Shown here piece by piece: positions 44,871 to 53,956 of a stretch of 64,000 bases of DNA. The notes under the pieces were generated by a model, which was given only the letters and a program-made list of their open reading frames with translations, ran no database searches and was not told the DNA's origin. The translations under genes and the position numbers were made by a program. The stretch comes from Candidatus Eiseniibacteriota bacterium (GTDB lineage: Bacteria; Eisenbacteria; RBG-16-71-46; SZUA-252), in the NCBI GenBank assembly GCA_963703225.1, contig OY969801.1, positions 544,001-608,000 of the forward strand, in the 5' to 3' direction. Numbering within the stretch: the first letter of the stretch is position 1; the number at the start of each line of letters is the position of its first letter.

Positions 44871-47800
44871 ATGCAGTTCCTGTCGGGCCTCGAGCTCGCT
44901 CGTAGGCGTTCGCGCGCGCACGCGCGAGGGCGTCGCGCGGGCATGGTGCTGTTCGGCGGGGCGATGGTCCTGGTCGGCGCGTCGCTCCTCGCGATCGCGC
45001 CCCTCGCCACCGCCGCGCCCGGGAGCGGCACGGCCTGGATCTCGCCCGCCGCAGCCGTCGTGGCCGGGTCGCAGGGGGCCTGGTCCATCACCTACACGGC
45101 CGAAGAGGACTTCGACGCGGCTCGGGGCGGGAAGATCGCGCTCGACCTGCCCGCCGGGTGGACCGCGCCGCAGATCGCCGATTCCACGCTCGCCGGATAC
45201 ATCCGGCCCGAGAGCTTCGCCCTTGTCGACAGCGTCTGGGTGAGCGGGCAGACCGTGACCCTGCACGTGGGCGGGCCCACGAGCGCCCCGTTTCAGTCGG
45301 GCGATTCGATCCGGATCGTGTACGGGTATGGCGGCGGCCCCGCCTCCGCGGTGGCCGACAGCGCCGCGCCCCATGCGGCCGCATTCACGGTCTCGAGCGA
45401 CCCCGGAGACACGCTGGGGGTTGCCCCGATCTCGGCATCTCCGTCCCTTGCCGTGGTGCCTGACGTCGTCACGAGCGTCCGGGTTGTCGATCTCGCCATG
45501 ACGCCGGTCGACACGTTCACTCGAAGCGCCGACGAGGACACCACCCAGCTCAGGCTTCTGGGATACGACCGGTTTGACAACCCGAGCCGCCTCGTGGCGG
45601 GAAATTGGAGCATCACCGGCGCGATCGGATCGGCCTCTCCCGCTTCCGGCACCGGCACCGTGCTCACGCTCACCAGCGCCGCGACCGGCTACGCCGTGGG
45701 AGACAGCGGCGCGTGGGCCGACTCGACCGGCCTCATCACGGTCACCCACGGCGCCTACTCGGGGCTCACGCTGAACGCCGACGTGATCGGGACCGCGGGC
45801 GCGCCGCTCGGCGCGTACGTGGCCGCGGTCGACGCCGACGGGAACGCGATCACCTCCGGGCCCGGCTCGGCGGCATCACTGGTCTTCGCGGCGTATGCCG
45901 ATTCGCTGGGCGCAGCGACGGCCGACCCCAATTTCCTTGTCCCGGGTCTGACGCTTACGTCGGGCGCGTGGAGCTCGACCGTCGTCGCGCGCCGATCGGG
46001 CACCTTTTGGCTCGTTGTCCGCGACTCGGCCGCCGGGTTCGAGTCGTCGCCCCGCGTCCGGGTCGACGTGGCCCCCGCGGCCGCCGACCGCATGGGCGCG
46101 CGGCCGGACACGCTCCGGCTGACGGCGGGTGTTCCCGACACGGTGACGATTCTCGTCCTCGACGCTTACGGAAACCGCGCCCCGACGTCGTCGAGCGAGA
46201 TGCTCACGCTCTGGACCGATCGGCCCGCCGGACGGTATCTCGATTCCTTCGGATCGATCATCCACGAAGCGATTCTCTCCGTCGGCGCCGACTCGCTCGA
46301 CCTCCGCTTCGCGGACAACCAGGCCGATGCGGGCGTCGCCCGCCTTCGAATCTTCGACGCCGATGGTGCGGGCTCCTCGCTCGGAGCGGCCGCCGCATGG
46401 GCGGTCACCACACCCAACGTTCCGTACGGGTTGGTCCAGCTCTTCGCGGCGCCCGACACGCTCATGGCGGACGGGGTCGACTCCTCGCTCGTGACGTCGG
46501 TCGCGGTCCGTGACGGCTACGGCAACGTGGTCGATCCGGGCGTGCGCTTCACGGTCACTTCCTCGCTGGTGACACCGACCCAGGACGACGATCCGGGCAC
46601 GCCGGGCGTCCAGTGGACGACGGGACCGGGCGGGATCCTGAGCGGCCAGGTGCGCGCCGGCACCGCGGTCGGATCGGGCTTGGTCTCGGTCCAGCTCGGC
46701 GGCGCGAACGGCTCGGTCGGCATTCCGCTGATCGCGGGGCTGCCCGCCGGCGCGATCTCACTTCTGACCCCTTCCGACTCGCTCGCGGCGGATAGCGTCT
46801 CGACGCTTTCGGTGAGCGCGGCCGGGCTCCACGACACGAACGGAAACCAGGTGGTGGACGGCGAGCGCTACACGGTCGCGACCACCCTCGGCGCGATCCT
46901 CTCGGCCGATCAGGACGGGGCGACCCCGGGGATCCAGAGAACGGCGTCGGGGGGCGCGATCTCGTTCCTCCTCTTCGGCGGCGATTCGCTGGGGACCGCG
47001 ACGGTGAGCGCGACCTCGGTCCGGGGCAACGCGTCGGGCAGCCTCGATGTGAAGCTCACTCCGGGTGGCGTGAGCGGCTCGCGCTCTTCGGTCTTGGCGA
47101 CGACGCCCGCTCCGGTCGGGCCTTCCGGAAGCGTGATCACCGTGACCCTCCGGGACGGGCAGGGTCACGCGCTCGCCTCCGTGCCATCCGATTCGATCGC
47201 CGTATCCATCACGGGGGTCGCCGCGTCGGTGACGCCCCTGGCGGCCGCGACGAACGCCGGCGGCGCGATCGACTTCCGGGCCACCACGACCGTCGCGGCC
47301 CCGGGCGGGGTCTCCGTGACCGCCCGCGGCGTCCTCCTCGCCGAGGCGCCGACGATCGTCTTCCAGCCCGGGCCGCTCGATCACTTCGCGCTGGGCGGGC
47401 CGGGCGGGCCGCTCACCGCGGGCGTCGCGGACGCGCTCCAGATTGGCGCGCGGGATGCGTTCAATAACCCGATGCCCGCGCTCTCCGGGGTGGTGCTCCG
47501 CCCGACCGTTCTCGCGGGGGGAGCCTCGGTCCCCGACTCGGTCACGCTGGCCGGTGGATTGGCCGCGATTCCGTTCACGCCCACCACGTCCGGTGTCTTG
47601 ACGATCCAGGTCCGGGACGACGCCTCCCACACGGTCACCTTCGGCCCGGTCGCGGTCACCCCGGGCGCTCCCTATCGCGTGGTCGCGCTCGCGCCCCCCT
47701 CCACCACGATCGCGGCGGGGGATTCGGCCGCGGTCCAGGCGCTTCTTCTGGACCCATTCGGGAACGCGGTGTCGGGTGGAACGGTGGACGCCTCAGTCGT

Positions 47801-50800
47801 CGCGGGCGGCGGGAGCGTCGCGCCGGCCTCCGACCTGACCGACGGCTTGGGCCTGGCGGACTTCATGCTCCGCGCGGGCGTAGCACCGGGCACGGTCACC
47901 CTACGGCTGGTCGCGCCGGCCAGCGCGGCCGACGACTCGATCCGCGCCGATTCGATCTCCGTCACCGTCATCCCCGCCGCGGTCGCTTCGCTTCTCGTGC
48001 TCCCCGATTCGCTCAACTGGACCGCGGGGGTCTCGGTCCGGGTCCGCGTCCGGCCGCTCGACCCGTTCGGGAACGTGGTGGCGGCGGACACGGCGACGAT
48101 CGTGATGCGCCCGGCCGGCGCGACGGGGTGGTCCCCGGCGTTCGGTCCGCTTTCCGCGGGCGAATTCGTGACCTTCGCCACCGACACGGTGGCCCAATCG
48201 GTCCTGCTCGGGGCCGACCGCGTCGGAGGTGGTGCGGGGAGCGCGGGCCCGGCCGTGGTGTCGCCGGCCGCGCCGGCTTCGATCGCGATCGCTTCGGGCG
48301 ACGGACAGAGCGGCGTGGTCACCCACGCCCTTCCGTCGCCGCCCCGGGTGCGCGTGCGGGACGCCTACGGAAACCTTGCACCAGGGGCGTCGGTCGTCTT
48401 CACCGTGGCGGGCGGAAACGGCTCGGTCGACGCGGTGGCGGGGGGAGCCGCCGACTCGGTCTCGATGAGCGACGCGAACGGAGTCGCCGCGTGCGACGTG
48501 GCAACCCTCGGCACGGTGGCGGCGCCCGGAAGCGACTCCTTCCGCGCCCGTCTCTTGGCCGCGCCGGCGGCGCAGGTGATCTTCACGGCAACCGCGGGGC
48601 CAGACCTCGCCGCGTCGATCGCGGTCTCGCCCCCCGCGCTCGCGCTGGCCGCGGGCGCCACGGCCAACGTCACCGCGGAGGCGCGGGACAGTTACGGAAA
48701 TCTCGCGCCGGGCACCTCGATCACGTTCTTCCTCGGCGCTCCGGCGCTCGGCACGCTCGAATCGCTCGGCTTTACCTCCGGAGGGAGCGGGTCCCAAACC
48801 GGGACCACAGGGCCGCTCGGCGCGCTCTCGGTCCGCTACCGCGCGCCCGCCGCGGCGCCCGCAGCCGACTCGATCTACGCCCGCGGGGTGGCGATCGCCC
48901 CGGTCGGCATCCGCGCGACGGTGGGCGCGGCGGCCACAGCCGCGCTCCAGCTCGTGCCCGACTCGGTCTCGTGGGTCGCCGGCGCGACGGTCCGCGTCCG
49001 GGTCCGGGCGGTGGACTCATTCGGAAATCCGGTTCCCGCCGATACGGCGACCGTCGTGATGCGACCGGGTGGTGCTTTGAGCTGGTCGCCCGCGTTCGGA
49101 TCCATGACCGCGGGGGAGTTCGTCACGTTCGCGACCGACACGTTGGCCGAGACGGTCGCCTCGCTCGACGCCGACCGGATCGGAGGGGGCACGGGGAGCG
49201 TGGGGCCGGTGACGGTGCGCGCGGCCGACCCCGCCGGGACCATTTCCACCACCGCGGCGCGCGACACCCTCACCGCCGACGGCAGGAGCTCGGTCACGGT
49301 CACGCTGGGGCCGGTGCGGGACGCATTCGGAAACTTGGTGCCGGCCGGGACGCTGGTCCTGGTCAGCGCCGCGTCGGCGACGCTGCTCGCCCCCGACCAA
49401 TCGCCGCTCCCAGGGCTCGACCTTGCCACCGCGTCCGACGGACGCGCGTCGCTGGTCCTGATCGCACCCTCGGCACCGGGCGGCGATACGCTTCGCGCTT
49501 CGAGCCGCGTCGGGACCGCGAGCGGGCTCCGCCCCTTCGTCTACGAGGCGCCTCCGTCGCTCGCCTATGCGGCCGGCTCGGTGGCGCCGCAGGTGGTCCT
49601 ACCCGGGTCGGGCGTCGCGTTCCAGATCCGCGCGACCAACACCGGAAGCGGGACCCTCCAGATCGGCGCTCCGACCACGCTCTCGTTTGGCACGGGTGTG
49701 GACGCCTACACCGCGAGCCTCGCAGCGCCGGTCGCGCTCGGGCCGGCTCAAACCGATACGCTTCGCTTCGTGAGCGTTCCGGTGTCGCCGACGCTCACGC
49801 CCGGAACCTACGCTCCGGCCTTCCGCGTGATCGGCCTCGACGGCACCGGCGAGCCGTTCGATTTCTATCTCAGCTTGGCGGGCGCGCAGATCCACGTGGC
49901 CGGCGTCGGCGTGACCGCGGTGAGCGCCGCCCCGTCGCCGGCGCCGCTCGGACACGCCGACCTGACACTCGTCTTCGATGTCGCCAACAGCACGGCGCTT
50001 CCCGCGACGATCGACGGGGTCAGCCTCGCGTACAGCGCGGGGGCGTTCACCACGAACAGCGTGACGCCGCCGGTCCCGGCGGCGCTCCCGGCCTCCGGCA
50101 CCACGCGGCTCTCGATCTCGGTTCGGGTGCCGTCGAGCGGGATCCCGTCGGGCTCGGTCGTCGACGCGCGGCTGACGGCGACGGCCGCGTTCGGAGCCTC
50201 CTCGGTGGCCGGCGTGAACGCCGCGGCGCTCCAGTTCCAGGTGGTTTCGGCCGCCCAGTTCCTGGCGACCCCGGGGGGCGCGCTTCCGTCGCGCTATCTC
50301 CGCGCGCGGACATTCGGGCCAAGCGCGCGGGTGGCGAATCTCGGTGGGGGAGCGGTCACGCTCGCCAAAGCAGCAACCCGTCTGGTGCTCGAGCACCCGG
50401 GCGGCGATCTCCTCTCGACCGGCCTTGCGGCGGCGACCGCGGTCGCCGGGGGCGACTCCGCGACGCTCGCCTTCGACTCCCTCGCGGTGCCGTCGACCGT
50501 CGCGCGCGGCCGCTACGGAGCGCGGCTGGTCCTGAGCGGGACCGAGTCCGGACTCGCGTTCGCCGACACGATCCCGCTCGATCCCGACTCGGTCTCGGTG
50601 CTCGAGCCGCCGATCCTCGCGGTCCAAGGTCCGCTCTCGCCCGATACGGTGAGCGCCGGCCAGACCCGGCCGGTCCGGCTCACGCTCTCGAATTCGGGAG
50701 ACGTGGACCTCAACATCGATCCCGCGACGACGCTTCGCCTTGGCGCGCCGCTCCTCACCGACCTTCCGCTGGGTGTGGCGGCCGTGCTCGGTCCGGGCGC

Positions 50801-52085
50801 CTCGATCAACCTCGACTTCTCCGGAGCGCCGCTCGGCTCGGCCCTAGCACCGGGCACAGGGAGCGCGGTGCTCGAGGCGCGCGGGACCGAAGACGGGCGC
50901 TTCCGCGCCGAGACGCTGGCCGCGGGCACCCTCGTCGCCCGTCCGCCTTCGGCGATCACGTTCGTCGCAGGCTCGGCCTTCCCCGACACGGTCCGCGCCG
51001 GGCAGACCTATGGCCTCATCGCCGCCGTGCAAAATGGGGGCGGGTCGACATTCATCATCGATCCCGCCGCGTCGCGCCTCGTCCTCTCCGACGGCGTCGA
51101 GCAAGCCGTCGCACTGGGCGCGGGCGCGCCGATCGCGCTCGGCCCGGGCGGCCAGACGACCCTCTCCTTCCCCGGCGTCTCGTTCCCGGCGGCGCTCGCG
51201 AGCCAGCCCTACCCGGTCACGCTTCAACTCCACGGAAGCGAGTGGTCGCTCGCCGAGAGCACGACGGTCGTCTCGCCGCCCGCCGAGATCCTGGTTATCG
51301 AGCCGGCGGCGGGAGTCCAGGTCCGCGCGCTCGCCGCGGGCGCGCCGGTTCAGGTCGCGGCCGGCGACGTCGTCCGCACGTGGGCGCTGGAGGTCACGCC
51401 GGTCCTGCCGCCCGGCGGCGTCACCTCCGCGCACTTCACCACGCTTCGGCTGACGGTGCTGACCGATGGGAGCAGTGCCGGAGCGCCCTCCGCCGTGCTG
51501 ACCTCGGTCGCGCTCCGGGGCCCGACCGGAGCGCTCCTGGCTCAAGCCGCGTCCGGCGCGGGGAATCCGGTCACGCTGACGTTCTCGCCGCCGCTCGCTC
51601 TCATCGCACCGCCCGAATCGCTCTATGTGGACGTCACCCTTTCGGGCGGCGCCGCGGCGCGCGAGGTGGCGCTCCGTTTGGCGGCCGCCACGGACCTCGT
51701 GGTGCTCGACGATCTGGCCAATACGCCGGTGCCGGTGGTCGGGGGCGGGGGTCTCGCGTTTGCGCCGCTGACGTCGCCGACCCTCACGCTCTTCGCCAAG
51801 GCGCACGGCTATCCCAATCCGTTCCACGCGGGGCGTGAGGCGGTGCTGCTCTCCTACCTCCTGGCTCAGGACGCTTCGATCAAGGTCTCCATCTACACGC
51901 TGCTCGGCGACCTCGTCCGCGAGATCTCGCTTCCGGCCGGCGCCACCGGCGGGACGCGGGGGCTGAACGAGGTGGCGTGGGACGGAAGGAACGGCAAAGG
52001 CGACCTGGTTCGGCCCGGGCTCTACATCGCGCGGATCGAAGGGTCGGGCGCGGGCGAGCAGGTCAAGGTCGGGGTGCTGCGGTGA
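44871..52085 (+). CDS. Giant (2404 aa) Ig-like repeat surface protein/adhesin with C-terminal FlgD-Ig/T9SS-like domain
   Basis: Signal-like N-terminus and recurrent D-x-(F/Y)GN Big_1/invasin-type motifs. C-terminus YPNPF...IYTLLGDLVREI...WDGRNGKGDLVRPGLYIARI...KVGVLR. Confidence 0.85.
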   Translation: MQFLSGLELARRRSRAHARGRRAGMVLFGGAMVLVGASLLAIAPLATAAPGSGTAWISPAAAVVAGSQGAWSITYTAEEDFDAARGGKIALDLPAGWTAPQIADSTLAGYIRPESFALVDSVWVSGQTVTLHVGGPTSAPFQSGDSIRIVYGYGGGPASAVADSAAPHAAAFTVSSDPGDTLGVAPISASPSLAVVPDVVTSVRVVDLAMTPVDTFTRSADEDTTQLRLLGYDRFDNPSRLVAGNWSITGAIGSASPASGTGTVLTLTSAATGYAVGDSGAWADSTGLITVTHGAYSGLTLNADVIGTAGAPLGAYVAAVDADGNAITSGPGSAASLVFAAYADSLGAATADPNFLVPGLTLTSGAWSSTVVARRSGTFWLVVRDSAAGFESSPRVRVDVAPAAADRMGARPDTLRLTAGVPDTVTILVLDAYGNRAPTSSSEMLTLWTDRPAGRYLDSFGSIIHEAILSVGADSLDLRFADNQADAGVARLRIFDADGAGSSLGAAAAWAVTTPNVPYGLVQLFAAPDTLMADGVDSSLVTSVAVRDGYGNVVDPGVRFTVTSSLVTPTQDDDPGTPGVQWTTGPGGILSGQVRAGTAVGSGLVSVQLGGANGSVGIPLIAGLPAGAISLLTPSDSLAADSVSTLSVSAAGLHDTNGNQVVDGERYTVATTLGAILSADQDGATPGIQRTASGGAISFLLFGGDSLGTATVSATSVRGNASGSLDVKLTPGGVSGSRSSVLATTPAPVGPSGSVITVTLRDGQGHALASVPSDSIAVSITGVAASVTPLAAATNAGGAIDFRATTTVAAPGGVSVTARGVLLAEAPTIVFQPGPLDHFALGGPGGPLTAGVADALQIGARDAFNNPMPALSGVVLRPTVLAGGASVPDSVTLAGGLAAIPFTPTTSGVLTIQVRDDASHTVTFGPVAVTPGAPYRVVALAPPSTTIAAGDSAAVQALLLDPFGNAVSGGTVDASVVAGGGSVAPASDLTDGLGLADFMLRAGVAPGTVTLRLVAPASAADDSIRADSISVTVIPAAVASLLVLPDSLNWTAGVSVRVRVRPLDPFGNVVAADTATIVMRPAGATGWSPAFGPLSAGEFVTFATDTVAQSVLLGADRVGGGAGSAGPAVVSPAAPASIAIASGDGQSGVVTHALPSPPRVRVRDAYGNLAPGASVVFTVAGGNGSVDAVAGGAADSVSMSDANGVAACDVATLGTVAAPGSDSFRARLLAAPAAQVIFTATAGPDLAASIAVSPPALALAAGATANVTAEARDSYGNLAPGTSITFFLGAPALGTLESLGFTSGGSGSQTGTTGPLGALSVRYRAPAAAPAADSIYARGVAIAPVGIRATVGAAATAALQLVPDSVSWVAGATVRVRVRAVDSFGNPVPADTATVVMRPGGALSWSPAFGSMTAGEFVTFATDTLAETVASLDADRIGGGTGSVGPVTVRAADPAGTISTTAARDTLTADGRSSVTVTLGPVRDAFGNLVPAGTLVLVSAASATLLAPDQSPLPGLDLATASDGRASLVLIAPSAPGGDTLRASSRVGTASGLRPFVYEAPPSLAYAAGSVAPQVVLPGSGVAFQIRATNTGSGTLQIGAPTTLSFGTGVDAYTASLAAPVALGPAQTDTLRFVSVPVSPTLTPGTYAPAFRVIGLDGTGEPFDFYLSLAGAQIHVAGVGVTAVSAAPSPAPLGHADLTLVFDVANSTALPATIDGVSLAYSAGAFTTNSVTPPVPAALPASGTTRLSISVRVPSSGIPSGSVVDARLTATAAFGASSVAGVNAAALQFQVVSAAQFLATPGGALPSRYLRARTFGPSARVANLGGGAVTLAKAATRLVLEHPGGDLLSTGLAAATAVAGGDSATLAFDSLAVPSTVARGRYGARLVLSGTESGLAFADTIPLDPDSVSVLEPPILAVQGPLSPDTVSAGQTRPVRLTLSNSGDVDLNIDPATTLRLGAPLLTDLPLGVAAVLGPGASINLDFSGAPLGSALAPGTGSAVLEARGTEDGRFRAETLAAGTLVARPPSAITFVAGSAFPDTVRAGQTYGLIAAVQNGGGSTFIIDPAASRLVLSDGVEQAVALGAGAPIALGPGGQTTLSFPGVSFPAALASQPYPVTLQLHGSEWSLAESTTVVSPPAEILVIEPAAGVQVRALAAGAPVQVAAGDVVRTWALEVTPVLPPGGVTSAHFTTLRLTVLTDGSSAGAPSAVLTSVALRGPTGALLAQAASGAGNPVTLTFSPPLALIAPPESLYVDVTLSGGAAAREVALRLAAATDLVVLDDLANTPVPVVGGGGLAFAPLTSPTLTLFAKAHGYPNPFHAGREAVLLSYLLAQDASIKVSIYTLLGDLVREISLPAGATGGTRGLNEVAWDGRNGKGDLVRPGLYIARIEGSGAGEQVKVGVLR

Positions 52086-53956
52086 CCCGCCGACACGCGC
52101 TCCACACCTTGCTCGTGGCCGTGGGCATCGCGGCGTGTGGGTCGGCCGCCGCGCAGAACGCTGGCACCGCCAATCTGCTCGGCTCGCCCGGGAGCTGGCC
52201 CTCGACCGGGGCGCTCACGTCGTCGACCGCGCTGGGGCTCGACCCCTCGGCGATCTATCTGAACCCGGCGGGGCTCGCGACCCAGGATGAGCGCACGCTC
52301 CTGATCCACCACGGGCTCCTCCAGTTCGATACCAGCTGGGACCTCGCCGCCGTCGCCTATCCCATCCCGGGGCTCGGCGCCGCCGGGCTGGGGCTGGCGC
52401 GGGTCGGCTCGTCGGGGATTGACGCCTACGACGCCTCCAATCAGCCGCTCGGAACGATCGGCTACAGCGAGACCTCTCTGGCGGCGAGCGTGGCGCGGCG
52501 GATCTACGGGCCGCTTGTCACGGGGGTGACATTCAAGGTGATCAGCCAGTCGCTCGGCGACGTGTCGGCCGCGGCTCCATCGATCGACCTTGGCTTCACC
52601 TACCGTCCGGCCGCGCTTCGAGGCGGGCAGGTTGGCCTCGCGGCCGAGAACGTGGTGGGCGGCTCCCTCGACCTGGGCGGCCCGACCGAGGCGCTGGCCC
52701 GCGCCTACCGGCTGGGGCTCGCGACGCCGGAGTGGCGCTTTGGCCGTCTCATGGGCGCGCGCGGGATCGTGGACGTCGAGCGGTCGGGCGGCGAGGGCAT
52801 GAAGTCCCGATTCGGAGCCGAGCTGACGCGCTTCGGCGTGGGCGCGATCCGCGCCGGGCTCGACCGGGGGCGCCCGCTTCTTGGATTTGGGATCAGCTGG
52901 CGCCGGTACGGGCTCGACTTCGCGTTCGCGCAGGGTGAGATCGAGGCGACGCAGCAGGTGGCTCTCCATGTCGGCTGGGGCGAGCCCGTCAGCCAATATG
53001 AAGAGCGCCGCCGGGCGGAGTACGCCAAGGCCGCCGAGGACTCGGTCCGAGCCCGCCGCGCGGGGCTCGTCGCCCGCGACCGTGCCAAGGCGGAGGAGGC
53101 GGAAGCCCGCGGCGACTATGAGACCTCGCTCCTCCTCTGGGAAATCCTGATCCGCGAGCGGCCCGAGGACGCGTCCTACGCCGCGCGGGCCCAGCGCGCC
53201 CGCGCGGGAATCGCCGATCGCGCGAAGCGCGACCTGGAAGCCGAGAGCGATCGAAGGGTCGCGTCCACGATGACCGCCATGACGCGCGGCGCGCTCCGGC
53301 GCGGCGATGTCGAGGAAGCGGCCGGGATCTGGCACGGCTTTGTCCGTCCGGGCCAGGTTCCCGCCGGGATCACCCCCGACTCGATCGCGGCCCTCGATGC
53401 CGAGTTCCGAAGCGCGCGGGACCGCGCGGTCGCGGGTGCCGTCGCTCGGGCCGACTCGCTCCGCCGCGTGGGTCGCATGCTCGACGCCGCCGAGGCGGCC
53501 GCGTTGGCGCTCCGGCTCAAGCCGGACGACGCCGAGGCGCGCGCCGTCTGGACGTCGCTGACGCAGTTGGTCGTGAAGAGCGCCGACACGGCGGCCTCGC
53601 TCTCACGAAAGCTCGAGGCCTTGACCGCGATTCACGTCGCGTCCGAGGCGTTCAACGAGGGGCGCTACGCCGACGCGCAGACCTCGGTTCGCCGGGCCCT
53701 CGCGCTCGAGCCATCCAACGTGGAAGCGCGCGCGTGGCGGGACCGCATCGAGCGGCGACTCTCGACGCCGAAGCCCGAAATCGACGCGCGGGTGAAGCAG
53801 CTCTACATCAAGGGCATGGAAGCGTTCTCCTCGGGCGACTACCGCGAGGCGCTTCGAAACTGGGAGCAGATCCTCGTCCTCGACCCGCTCAACGAGAGCG
53901 CGCGGCGGAACGTGCTCGAGGCGCGCGAGCGGATGAAGGCGGAGGCGAGCCGATGA
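52082..53956 (+). CDS. PorV/PorQ-like outer-membrane beta-barrel fused to C-terminal TPR region
   Basis: GTGA overlap and signal peptide. DPSAIYLNPAGLA motif, then amphipathic strands to LHVGWG, then helical TPRs (AFNEGRYADA...ALALEP, GMEAFSSGDYREALRNWEQILVLDP). Confidence 0.72.
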   Translation: MTRRHALHTLLVAVGIAACGSAAAQNAGTANLLGSPGSWPSTGALTSSTALGLDPSAIYLNPAGLATQDERTLLIHHGLLQFDTSWDLAAVAYPIPGLGAAGLGLARVGSSGIDAYDASNQPLGTIGYSETSLAASVARRIYGPLVTGVTFKVISQSLGDVSAAAPSIDLGFTYRPAALRGGQVGLAAENVVGGSLDLGGPTEALARAYRLGLATPEWRFGRLMGARGIVDVERSGGEGMKSRFGAELTRFGVGAIRAGLDRGRPLLGFGISWRRYGLDFAFAQGEIEATQQVALHVGWGEPVSQYEERRRAEYAKAAEDSVRARRAGLVARDRAKAEEAEARGDYETSLLLWEILIRERPEDASYAARAQRARAGIADRAKRDLEAESDRRVASTMTAMTRGALRRGDVEEAAGIWHGFVRPGQVPAGITPDSIAALDAEFRSARDRAVAGAVARADSLRRVGRMLDAAEAAALALRLKPDDAEARAVWTSLTQLVVKSADTAASLSRKLEALTAIHVASEAFNEGRYADAQTSVRRALALEPSNVEARAWRDRIERRLSTPKPEIDARVKQLYIKGMEAFSSGDYREALRNWEQILVLDPLNESARRNVLEARERMKAEASR

